From assembly GCA_036274775.1 (NCBI GenBank), contig DASUFB010000029.1:37218-101217 (forward strand): 64,000 bases of DNA, in the 5' to 3' direction. The translations under genes were made by a program, and so were the position numbers. The notes below the pieces were generated by a model. That model had not been told where the DNA came from. It was given only the letters and a program-made list of their open reading frames with translations, and did no database searches. The stretch is from Burkholderiales bacterium (lineage in GTDB: Bacteria; Pseudomonadota; Gammaproteobacteria; Burkholderiales; JACQAP01). This document shows positions 30,682-39,105 of the stretch, piece by piece. Position 1 is the first letter of the stretch, and each line of letters starts with the position of its first letter.

Positions 30682-30714
30682 GTTCACGCGCGAAGCCTTG
30701 AGCGCAAGCCGCCG

Positions 30715-33700
30715 ATGTCCGTCGTCGAAACCGTCCTGCGCAAGCCCTACACCGTCGTCTCGGCGCTGATCCTCGTCTGCCTGCTCGGCGCGGGCGCGGC
30801 CCTGCGCATGCCCGTGGACATCTTCCCAGAGATCAACATCCCGGTGGTCAGCGTGGTCTGGACCTACGCCGGCATGAGCGCGCGGGACATGCAGAACCGC
30901 ATCCTGACGCTGCATCAGCGCCAGCTCGCCTCGCTGGTGGACGACATCTCGCGCATCGAAGCGACGAGCTACACCGGCGTGGGCGTGGAAAAGATCTACC
31001 TGCACGACGGCGCGGACGTCACGCGCGCGGTCTCGCAGCTCGCCAGCAGCGCGCTGGTGGTGCTGAAGTACATGCCGCGCAACATCACGCCGCCGCTGGT
31101 CCTGCGCTACAGCGCGACCGACGTGCCGGTCATCCAGCTGAGCCTGTCCAGCGACACGCTGCCCGACACCAAGCTCAACGACCTCGGCCAGAACATCATC
31201 CGGCCCAGCCTCGCAGTCGTGCACGGCGCCGAGGTGCCGTATCCCTACGGCGGCAAGCCGCGCGTGATCATGGCCGACCTCGACCAGCGCGCGCTGCAGT
31301 CGCGCGGGCTGACGGCCTTCGACGTGAGCCAGGCGCTCGAGCGCCAGAACGTCATCCTGCCCTCGGGCGACGTGAAGATCGGCGCGAAGGACTACACGCT
31401 GGCGATGAACAACAGCCCCGACCTGCTGGAGACCATCAACGGCTTCCCGATCAGGCAGGTCGACGGCCGCACCGTGTTCATGCGCGACGTGGCCTACGTC
31501 CACGACGGCTTCCAGGTGCAGACCAACTCCGTGTCGGTGAACGGCACGCCGGGCGCGCTGATGCTGATCCGCAAGGCCGGCGGCGTGTCCACGCTGGCCG
31601 TGATCGACGGCGTGCGCGCGGCGCTGCCCGACATCAAGAGGCTGCTGCCGAAGGGCGTGTCGATCAAGACGGTCTTCGACCAGTCGGTGTTCGTGAAGGC
31701 CGCGCTCGACAGCGTCGTGATGGGCGGGCTCATGGCCGCGGGTCTCACCGCGCTGATGATCCTGCTGTTCCTGGGCAACTGGCGGCTCACGCTGATCATC
31801 CTGGCGGCCATCCCGCTGTCCATCGTGAGCGCGTTGCTGGTGCTCTACGCCGGCGGCCAGACGCTGAACACCATGACCCTGGGCGGCTTCGCGCTGGCGG
31901 TCGGCATCCTGGTGGACAACGGCACCGTCGTGATCGAGAACATCGAGCGCCATCTGCGCCTGAACGAGCCCCTCGAGACGGCCATCGTCGGCGGCGCCGG
32001 CGAGGTCGGGCTGCCGACCATGCTGTCCACGCTGTGCATCTGCATCGTGTTCGTGCCGGTGTTCCTGCTCGAAGGCACCGCGAAGTACCTGTTCTCGCCG
32101 CTGTCGATCGCGGTGTGCGTGTCGCTCGTTGCCAGCCTCGTTCTTTCGTTCACCATGGTGCCGGTACTGTTCAAGTACCTGATGCGCCCCTCCGCGGCGC
32201 GCATCGTCGCCCGCCACGACGTGATCCCCGGCGGCCGCTGGAAGGCCCCGTTCGCGGCGATCCACTACGGCTTCGAGCGCGGTTTCGAGAGCCTGCGCGA
32301 GGCCTACCGCAACGCGCTCGCCTGGGGCCTGTCGCGGCCCGTGCTCACCGGCGCGGCTTTCGCCGTGCTCATGCTGCTGTCGCTCGCGCTCTTTCCCCAG
32401 CTCGGCCGCGATTTCTTCCCGCAGGTCGATGGCGGCCAGATGCGCCTGCACGTGCGCTCGCCGCCGGGCACGCGCCTGGAGCGCACGCAGGAGGATTTCG
32501 CGCGGGTCGAGGCTGCGATCCGCGAGATCGTGAGCGACGACCAGATCGACGTCGTGCTCGACAACATCGGCCTGCCCTACAGCGGCATCAACATGGCGTT
32601 GAGCGACACGACCACGGTCGGCCCGATGGACGGGGAGATCCTGGTCTCGCTGGCGCACAGTCACGAGCCGACGGCCGGCCTGGTCGCGAAGCTGCGCGCG
32701 GAGCTGCCGCGGCGCTTCGCCGACATGCAGTTCTTCTTCCAGCCCGCGGACATCGTCGACCAGGTGCTGAACTTCGGCCAGCCCGCGCCGATCGACATCC
32801 GCGTCTCCGGGCCGGACAACGACGAGGCCTATGCGGTGGCGGCCAGGCTCGCGCGCGAGCTGCATGACGTGCCCGGCATCGTCGACTCGCACGTGTTCCA
32901 GGTGCCGGACGCCCCCGCGCTGACGGTGGACGTCGACCGCGCGCTGGCGACCGAGGTCGGTGCGACCCAGCAGGGCACCGCAGCCAACGTGCTGGTGGCG
33001 ACGAACTCCAGCGCGCAGATGGCACCGAATTTCTGGGTCGACCCGCGCAACGGCGTGAGTTACCCGCTGGTGGTGCAGCTGCCGACCTACCGCATCGAGT
33101 CGGCGCAGGACCTGTGGACCATGCCGGTCAACGCGGCGGCCGGCGGCGGCGACCGGCAGCTGCTGATGAACATCTCGAAGTTCGGGCGCGCCCGCGTCCC
33201 GCTCGTGACCTCGCAGCTCAACATCCGCCCGGTGTACGACGTGCACGCCGACGTGCAGGGCCGCGACCTGTACTCCGCCGCGGCGGCCATCGACGAGGTC
33301 ATCGAGGCGAACCGGCCCGATCCCGCGAAGGCGATCAAGGTCAGGCTGAGCGGGCAGGTGGAGACCATGCGCGAGAGCTATGCCGGGCTGTTCGCGGGCA
33401 TCGCGGCTGCGGTCGTGCTCGTCTACCTGTTCCTGGTGATCAATTTCCAGAGCTGGGTCGACCCGCTGATCGTGCTGCTGGCGGTGCCGTTCGCGCTGGC
33501 CGGCGTCATGTGGATGATGTTCCTGACGCAGACGCATCTCAGCGTGCCGGCGCTGATGGGCACGCTGATGTGCATCGGCCTGACCACCGCCAACAGCATC
33601 CTGGTCGTGACGTTCGCGAACCAGCGCATGCAGGCCGGCGACGCGCCGCTCATCGCCGCGCTGACGGCGGGCCATACCCGCCTGCGGCCGGTGCTCATGA

Positions 33701-33918
33701 CGGCGGGCGCGATGATCCTGGGCATGATCCCGATGGCGCTCGGCGTCGGCGAGGGCGGCGAGCAGAACGCGCCGCTCGCGCGGGCCGTCATCGGCGGCCT
33801 GCTGTTCGCCACGCTGGCCACGCTGATCTTAGTGCCCGTCATGTACCGGCTGCTGCGCCGTGCGCCCGTGCCGGCCCCCGAACCCCATCCGACGAGACAA
33901 TCCCGTGCATACGAATGA
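30715..33918 (+). CDS. RND efflux transporter permease (AcrB/HAE family)
   Basis: 1067 aa, 12-TM RND architecture. The N-terminus VVSALILVCLLGAGAALRMPVDIFPEINIPVV is typical. Confidence 0.9.
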   Translation: MSVVETVLRKPYTVVSALILVCLLGAGAALRMPVDIFPEINIPVVSVVWTYAGMSARDMQNRILTLHQRQLASLVDDISRIEATSYTGVGVEKIYLHDGADVTRAVSQLASSALVVLKYMPRNITPPLVLRYSATDVPVIQLSLSSDTLPDTKLNDLGQNIIRPSLAVVHGAEVPYPYGGKPRVIMADLDQRALQSRGLTAFDVSQALERQNVILPSGDVKIGAKDYTLAMNNSPDLLETINGFPIRQVDGRTVFMRDVAYVHDGFQVQTNSVSVNGTPGALMLIRKAGGVSTLAVIDGVRAALPDIKRLLPKGVSIKTVFDQSVFVKAALDSVVMGGLMAAGLTALMILLFLGNWRLTLIILAAIPLSIVSALLVLYAGGQTLNTMTLGGFALAVGILVDNGTVVIENIERHLRLNEPLETAIVGGAGEVGLPTMLSTLCICIVFVPVFLLEGTAKYLFSPLSIAVCVSLVASLVLSFTMVPVLFKYLMRPSAARIVARHDVIPGGRWKAPFAAIHYGFERGFESLREAYRNALAWGLSRPVLTGAAFAVLMLLSLALFPQLGRDFFPQVDGGQMRLHVRSPPGTRLERTQEDFARVEAAIREIVSDDQIDVVLDNIGLPYSGINMALSDTTTVGPMDGEILVSLAHSHEPTAGLVAKLRAELPRRFADMQFFFQPADIVDQVLNFGQPAPIDIRVSGPDNDEAYAVAARLARELHDVPGIVDSHVFQVPDAPALTVDVDRALATEVGATQQGTAANVLVATNSSAQMAPNFWVDPRNGVSYPLVVQLPTYRIESAQDLWTMPVNAAAGGGDRQLLMNISKFGRARVPLVTSQLNIRPVYDVHADVQGRDLYSAAAAIDEVIEANRPDPAKAIKVRLSGQVETMRESYAGLFAGIAAAVVLVYLFLVINFQSWVDPLIVLLAVPFALAGVMWMMFLTQTHLSVPALMGTLMCIGLTTANSILVVTFANQRMQAGDAPLIAALTAGHTRLRPVLMTAGAMILGMIPMALGVGEGGEQNAPLARAVIGGLLFATLATLILVPVMYRLLRRAPVPAPEPHPTRQSRAYE

Positions 33919-35185
33919 CCCGAACCCGTCCGTTGCGGCGCAGGACGGCGCACGCATTTCCACCGCCTACAGGCGCGGAACGGGCAGGCGCATCGCCGTT
34001 TTCGCCACCGTGGCGATGGTCGCGCTGGCCGCCGGCTTCCTGTCGGTGCATTTCATGCGGGTCACGGACCGCCATCACCTGCAGGAAACCTCGAAAGCGG
34101 AAGCCTCGCAGCGGCCGCTGGTGAACGTCATCACGGTACAAAGTCCTGGAGCCGCGCACCCGCTGACCTTGCCCGGCGAGACCGCCGCGTGGTTCGAGAG
34201 CACGCTGTACGCGCGCGTCAACGGCTACGTCGCGAAATGGACCGTCGACATCGGCGAGCACGTGCGCAAGGGGCAGGTGCTCGCGGTGATCGAGACCCCG
34301 GAGCTGGACGCGGACCTTGTCGCGGCACGCGCCGAGCTGGCCGCCGCCCGGGCCCTGGTGACGGTGCGTGCGGCCGAGGCCGGGTTCGCGAAAACCACCA
34401 ACGAGCGCTGGAAGGATTCTCCCAGGGGCGTGGTTTCCGAGCAGGAACGCGAGGCCAAGCGCTCGGACTACGACAGCGCGCAGGCCAGGCTGAACGCCGC
34501 GCGCGCTCAGGTGGAGCTCGGCAAGGCCAGGGTCGAGCGCCTGGCCGCCCTGCAGCAGTTCAAGCAGGTCGTCGCGCCCTTCGACGGCACGATCACCGAG
34601 CGGCGGATCGACGTCGGCAACCTCGTCACCGCCGGCAGCACCAGCGGTAATACCCTGCTCTACCGCGTCGCCCAGGAATCACCGCTGCGCGTGTTCGTCG
34701 ACGCGCCGCAAAGCGTTTCGGGCGAGCTGCTGAAGCCCGGCATGGCCGTGCAGGTCAAGTCGGCGGGCCTCGCCGGCGCCCCGATCGATGCCACGGTCGC
34801 GCGCACCGCCAGGGCGATCAACCCGCAGGCGCGCACGCTGCGCGTCGAGGTCGACATCCCGAACGCGGACCTGGCGCTGGTTCCCGGCATGTACGTGGAC
34901 GTGACGTTTGCGCTGCCGGGCGGCAACCGGGTGCAGGTGCCGGCCGCTGCGCTCGTGTTCCGCTCGAGCGGGCCGCAGGTGGCCGTCGTCGACGGCGCGG
35001 GGCGCGTGTCCTTCCGCAAGGTGGACATCGCGCGCGACGACGGCAGCATGGTCGAGATCGGTTCCGGCCTCGCGGCCGGCGACAAGGTCGCGCTGAACAT
35101 CAGCAGCCGCATCGCCGACGGAGACATGGTCTCGGTCGCGCAGTCGACCGACGCCGGCGCGCCGTCGGTCGCGAAGGCGCGTTGA
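33905..35185 (+). CDS. RND efflux periplasmic adaptor (membrane fusion protein)
   Basis: GTG at 33905 in the frame of ORF 33860..35185. N-terminal TM anchor, lipoyl/coiled-coil hairpin (IETPELDADL...AELAAARA), beta-barrel domain. Confidence 0.85.
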   Translation: MHTNDPNPSVAAQDGARISTAYRRGTGRRIAVFATVAMVALAAGFLSVHFMRVTDRHHLQETSKAEASQRPLVNVITVQSPGAAHPLTLPGETAAWFESTLYARVNGYVAKWTVDIGEHVRKGQVLAVIETPELDADLVAARAELAAARALVTVRAAEAGFAKTTNERWKDSPRGVVSEQEREAKRSDYDSAQARLNAARAQVELGKARVERLAALQQFKQVVAPFDGTITERRIDVGNLVTAGSTSGNTLLYRVAQESPLRVFVDAPQSVSGELLKPGMAVQVKSAGLAGAPIDATVARTARAINPQARTLRVEVDIPNADLALVPGMYVDVTFALPGGNRVQVPAAALVFRSSGPQVAVVDGAGRVSFRKVDIARDDGSMVEIGSGLAAGDKVALNISSRIADGDMVSVAQSTDAGAPSVAKAR

Positions 35186-36726
35186 AGCTCGTGCGCACGC
35201 GCCTGCGCTTGTCCCGGACGCTCGGCGCCGTCCTCGCGGCCGCGCTGGCGGGGTGCGCGGTCGGCCCCGACTATCATGCGCCGAAGGCGAACGTCCCCGG
35301 GCGCTTCGCGTCGGCACCCGGCACGCCCGCGCCGGCGGCAGGCGCAACCATCGATCCCGTCACCTGGTGGCACGCGCTCAACGATGCCCGTCTCGACGCG
35401 CTGGTCGAGCAGGCGGTGCAATCCAATCCGGACATCGAGATCGCCCTGACGCGCCTGCAGGAAGCGCGGGCGTTCGAGTCGGCGCTCACGGGCCGCGCGC
35501 TGCCCTACGTCGACGCGGCTGCCGGCGCCGGCCGCGGCACCGGCAGCGATCTCACACGCAGCCGCGTGCCTTCGCCGCTCACTTCAGCGTCGAACACCGC
35601 GGGGCTGCAGCACGTCACCACCATGGCCGGATTCGACGCCGCATGGGAAGTCGACCTGTTCGGGCGCTACCGCCGCGAGATCGAGGCGGCGCGCTACGAC
35701 ACGCAGGCCCATGCGGCCGCGCGCAACGCGGTGCTGATCACGGTTGTCGCCGACGTCGTGCGCGCCTACCTGGGCCTGCGCGGCCTGCAGATGCAGCAGG
35801 CCATCCTGCAGCAGGATATCGGGAGCACGCGCACGCTGCTCGAGCTCGTGCAGGCGAGATACGATCGCGGCATCACCAACGAGCTCGACGTCACGCTCGC
35901 GCACCGGCAGCTCGCGACCCTGCAGGCCAAGGCCGCGCCGCTCGCGGCGCAGGCGAGTTCCCTGCAATACGCGATCGCCGTGCTGCTGGGCCGCTTCCCG
36001 GAAGACGTGGTGGCCGAGCTGGCCGCCCCGGACGTCATTCCGCAGATCCCGGACAACGTCGATGCCGGGCTGCCCATCGACGTCGTGCGGCGGCGCCCGG
36101 ACATCGCGGAGTCGGAACGGCTGCTCGCCGGCGCCACCGCGCGCATCGGCGTGGCCACGGCCAGGCTGTTCCCGACGCTGGTGCTGAGCGCGAGCGCAGG
36201 CGTGCAGGCACAGGGGCTGGGCGTCACGCCCCACGTCGACGAGTCCATCTGGTCGGCCGGCGCCGGCGCCCTCGTGCCGCTGCTCGACTTCGGCACGCTG
36301 GACGCGCTGGCGAACGTCGCCGACCTGCGCACGCACGAGCAGCTCGTCGCCTACAGGCAGACCGTGCTGCGCGCGATGCAGGAAGTCGACGTCGCGATGG
36401 CCGGCTACGTCGCCCAGCGCGACCGGCTGCGCCACCTCGGCGAGGCGCTGGCCGCCAGCCAGCGCGCGCTCGACCTCGCCTCGCAGCGCTACGACCGCGG
36501 GCTGACGGACTTCCTGAACGTCGTCGACGCGCAGCGTGCGCAGTACGACCTCGAGGAGCAGTACGCCGCCGCGCAGGTCGGCGTGGGCGAGCAGTTCGTC
36601 GCGCTGTACAAGAGCCTCGGCGGCGGCTGGGAAAACTACCAGTCGATCCCGGCGATCCGCGATCCCCAGCCCGCCGTCATCGCCGCATTCCGCCGCCTGC
36701 TCGCACCGGACGACCCCCTGAAATAA
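35182..36726 (+). CDS. Efflux outer-membrane factor lipoprotein (NodT family)
   Basis: 514 aa. Lipobox LAGCAVGPDY and the WWxxLND motif (WWHALNDARLDALV). Confidence 0.9.
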   Translation: MKLVRTRLRLSRTLGAVLAAALAGCAVGPDYHAPKANVPGRFASAPGTPAPAAGATIDPVTWWHALNDARLDALVEQAVQSNPDIEIALTRLQEARAFESALTGRALPYVDAAAGAGRGTGSDLTRSRVPSPLTSASNTAGLQHVTTMAGFDAAWEVDLFGRYRREIEAARYDTQAHAAARNAVLITVVADVVRAYLGLRGLQMQQAILQQDIGSTRTLLELVQARYDRGITNELDVTLAHRQLATLQAKAAPLAAQASSLQYAIAVLLGRFPEDVVAELAAPDVIPQIPDNVDAGLPIDVVRRRPDIAESERLLAGATARIGVATARLFPTLVLSASAGVQAQGLGVTPHVDESIWSAGAGALVPLLDFGTLDALANVADLRTHEQLVAYRQTVLRAMQEVDVAMAGYVAQRDRLRHLGEALAASQRALDLASQRYDRGLTDFLNVVDAQRAQYDLEEQYAAAQVGVGEQFVALYKSLGGGWENYQSIPAIRDPQPAVIAAFRRLLAPDDPLK

Positions 36727-36765
36727 TCCCCGGACGGCAGCCGGCTTGACGTGCGGCAGGCAAAA

Positions 36766-36869
36766 CTGTCATATGACGGTATTGTTGCCAACGCTGCGTG
36801 CTGAAAGCCACATTTCAGCTTGAAATCCTAGAGTTAGCTTAGGTTCTTGTCATAAAAAATTCATGACAA
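36766..36869. repeat. Cluster of TGTCAT-type palindromes in an intergenic region that looks lower in GC
   Basis: CTGTCATATGACGG (36766-36779, 10-bp perfect core). Hairpin GCTGAAA-N6-TTTCAGC (36800-36819). TTGTCAT-N9-ATGACAA (36847-36869). Confidence 0.8.
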
Positions 36870-37010
36870 TCCGATTGCGATTTGACTACGTTCAGACCGT
36901 AACGCGATGAAACGCCTCGCGCCAAATGCGATCCCGGCACCATGAAAATCCGCCGGGAAAGCCTGAAAAACGAATGTAGTCGGCAACTTAGCTGAGAAAG
37001 GAACGACAAA

Positions 37011-37391
37011 ATGAACCGCATCAAGTTACTCGCGCTGGTGGTTTTCGCGGTGATGTCGGGCTGCGCGAGCATGTCGCAGAGCTCCGCCAACGCGACCTGG
37101 GACAAATTTCATTCTGAAACGATGGCTCAGCGCGATGCCGGCAAGCTGACGCCGTTGCAGGCCCAGCTCGATCTGTGGTCGAAGTACCGCGAGCTGTTCG
37201 GCGAGGACGCAACCATGAACGGCTTCTACGCCTACTCGGTGAAGCTCATGTCCTCGGTGGAAGCGGGCAAGATCCCGCTGGACGAGGCACAGGCCATGAT
37301 CGACGCGCGCGAGCGCGAGATCAATGCGCGCAAGATCGCGGAAGCGGAGCGCCGCAAGGCCTACGATCCCTACGGCAGCCCCTCGGACTGA
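37011..37391 (+). CDS. Small lipoprotein of unknown function
   Basis: 126 aa. Lipobox VMSGC. RBS-like GAAAGGAA upstream. Followed by a strong terminator. Confidence 0.65.
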   Translation: MNRIKLLALVVFAVMSGCASMSQSSANATWDKFHSETMAQRDAGKLTPLQAQLDLWSKYRELFGEDATMNGFYAYSVKLMSSVEAGKIPLDEAQAMIDAREREINARKIAEAERRKAYDPYGSPSD

Positions 37392-37404
37392 TCGGCCTCC
37401 TGCA

Positions 37405-37440
37405 AGAAAAAAGCCGGGCATATGTGCCCGGCTTTTTTTT
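37405..37440. terminator. Bidirectional rho-independent terminator
   Basis: A-run, GCCGGGCA-tatg-TGCCCGGC, T8. It lies between the convergent lipoprotein and porin genes. Confidence 0.85.
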
Positions 37441-37451
37441 CGCCTACGCGC

Positions 37452-38972
37452 TCAGAAGCGCAATGTCAGGTCGAACTGCATGAGCTTCATGTCGGTGACG
37501 GGGTTCAGCGCCGGCAGGTCGGGGTTGTCGCCGCCGGTGCCCAGCGCAGCGTTCAGCCGCGAGCCCTGGCCGTAGCGGAATGTCGTGATCACGGCGTCGA
37601 CCGGCGAGTAGGCCACCGCAAAGTAGTAGCCCTTCATGTTGGTGCGGCCTTCGAAGAAGTCCGAATCGACGATGTTGGGATCCAGCGCGAACTGCTCGAC
37701 GCGCTGGTAGTAGGTACGCGCCTCCCAGGTGCCCTTCTTGGCGCTGGTACCGTATACGAGGCCCTGCGTCGGGCCGTAGGCAACGCCCTGGCTGCCGATC
37801 GACAGGCCGACCTGGTAGGCCTTGTCCTGGTTGCCGTAGGCGCTCTTGCCGGCGGCGCTCGCACGGTCGGAGCCGTCGAGGTTCTTGGCGAAGTTGCCGT
37901 AGAGCATGCCGGCATAGCGCCACAACGGGAACTTGAACTCCAGCGGCACCTCGATCACGCGCAGGTCGTTGATGCCGATCTGGTTCGCGGCATTGTTGAA
38001 GTTGCCGTTCGCGGTGACCGTGGGCTCGCCGGTGAACACGGTGTTGAAGCTGGTGCCCGTCTTCTTGCCGCCGGTGTAGGTGTAGTAGTTCACGGCACCG
38101 CGCAGCGACGTCAGGTCGCTCACCTTGTACTGGCCGCCGACTTCCCAGGCGTACATGAACATGTCCTGCTTGTTGAAGCCCAGCGACTGCCAGGTCGTGT
38201 TGTCAGGGTTGAAATCCTGGTACACCCACTGGCCGAAGGTGGCGAAGGTCGTGAAGGCGTCGGTCAGCTTGTAGTTGATGCGTTCGGTCAGGCCTTCGGG
38301 CGAGATGTCCGGGTCCCAGACCATGGGCGAGGTGAACAGCTGGTTCGGGCCCTTGCCGGCCTGCAGCGTGAGCCAGTCGGTGGCGCGCCAGCCGATGAAG
38401 ACCTGCCCGACGTTGATGGCGTCGCTGTTCTTCGCCGACGGTCCGGGTCCGGCCACCGAGTCGTCGCCGAACGTGACCCACGGCGAGCGCGGGTTCGTGG
38501 ACGTGTCCAAGCGCAGGCCGTAGAAGAAGTTCTCCGAGGCGTCGCCGCGCACGCCCAGGCGCAGCGCGTAACGCCAGCGCTGCCTGTCGAGCGCGTCCGG
38601 CGTCGTGACCGGCGTGCCGGAGGCAGCGCCGACGGTCGGCACGTTGGAGCGGCCGATGCGGTCCTCGTAGCGCGTACGCACGTCGCCGTAGAACTCGATG
38701 CTCTTCAGCGCCTCGCTGATCCTGATCTTGTTCGCGTCGGGCGGCGGCTCCTGCTTCTTCTCCTCCTCCTTGGCGTCCTTGAGCGCCTGCGCACGCCGGT
38801 CGGCTCTCGCCTCGGTGCGCATCTCCTGATAGTCCTCGTCGCTCAGCACGCCCTTCTCGTGCAGCTTGTCGAGCAGGGTCTCCATGTCCGCCGAGGCGGG
38901 TGCGCTCGCCATCGCCAGCAGCGTGAACGCCGCGCTCATCGCCAGGTTAGCGCACGACTTGCCTGTGACCAT
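37452..38972 (-). CDS. Outer-membrane porin with N-terminal coiled-coil segment (putative-porin / OprO-P-like class)
   Basis: 506 aa. Signal peptide ...LLAMASAPASA, LLDKLHEKGVLSDEDYQEM segment, alternating beta-strand pattern, C-terminal ...QFDLTLRF. Confidence 0.75.
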   Translation of the reverse strand: MVTGKSCANLAMSAAFTLLAMASAPASADMETLLDKLHEKGVLSDEDYQEMRTEARADRRAQALKDAKEEEKKQEPPPDANKIRISEALKSIEFYGDVRTRYEDRIGRSNVPTVGAASGTPVTTPDALDRQRWRYALRLGVRGDASENFFYGLRLDTSTNPRSPWVTFGDDSVAGPGPSAKNSDAINVGQVFIGWRATDWLTLQAGKGPNQLFTSPMVWDPDISPEGLTERINYKLTDAFTTFATFGQWVYQDFNPDNTTWQSLGFNKQDMFMYAWEVGGQYKVSDLTSLRGAVNYYTYTGGKKTGTSFNTVFTGEPTVTANGNFNNAANQIGINDLRVIEVPLEFKFPLWRYAGMLYGNFAKNLDGSDRASAAGKSAYGNQDKAYQVGLSIGSQGVAYGPTQGLVYGTSAKKGTWEARTYYQRVEQFALDPNIVDSDFFEGRTNMKGYYFAVAYSPVDAVITTFRYGQGSRLNAALGTGGDNPDLPALNPVTDMKLMQFDLTLRF

Positions 38973-39048
38973 TCATCGTCTCCCGATTGAAAATTCCCGC
39001 GCCGGAAGCGGTCCGGCGCTTGACTGGAGCGCATTGTGGGAAACGAAT

Positions 39049-39066
39049 GTGACAGGCAGATGAAGC
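39049..39066 (-). promoter_or_regulatory. Candidate Pho box upstream of the porin gene
   Basis: The minus strand reads GCTTCAT-ctgc-CTGTCAC (two 7-mers, 4-bp spacer; E. coli consensus CTGTCAT-N4-CTGTCAY). A further perfect CTGTCAC lies 33 bp upstream (39082-39088). The box ends 77 nt before the ATG. Confidence 0.35.
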
Positions 39067-39105
39067 CGGCAAGTCGCCGGCGTGACAGCGGCGTTGCGGG
39101 CGGCC

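Noticed and set aside
30631-33675. 1014-aa minus-strand ORF opposite the RND gene. Similar long shadow ORFs occur at 19342..21783, 47204..50194, 43328..45070, 45149..46903 and 59539..61449.
   Set aside because: Each overlaps, on the opposite strand or in another frame, a gene with strong family motifs. The translations are Arg/His/Gly/Asp-rich and repetitive with no domain signatures.
36839-37105. 88-aa minus-strand ORF in the lower-GC intergenic region
   Set aside because: It overlaps the start of the plus-strand lipoprotein gene, which has a lipobox, an RBS and a terminator. The ORF has no RBS or recognisable features.
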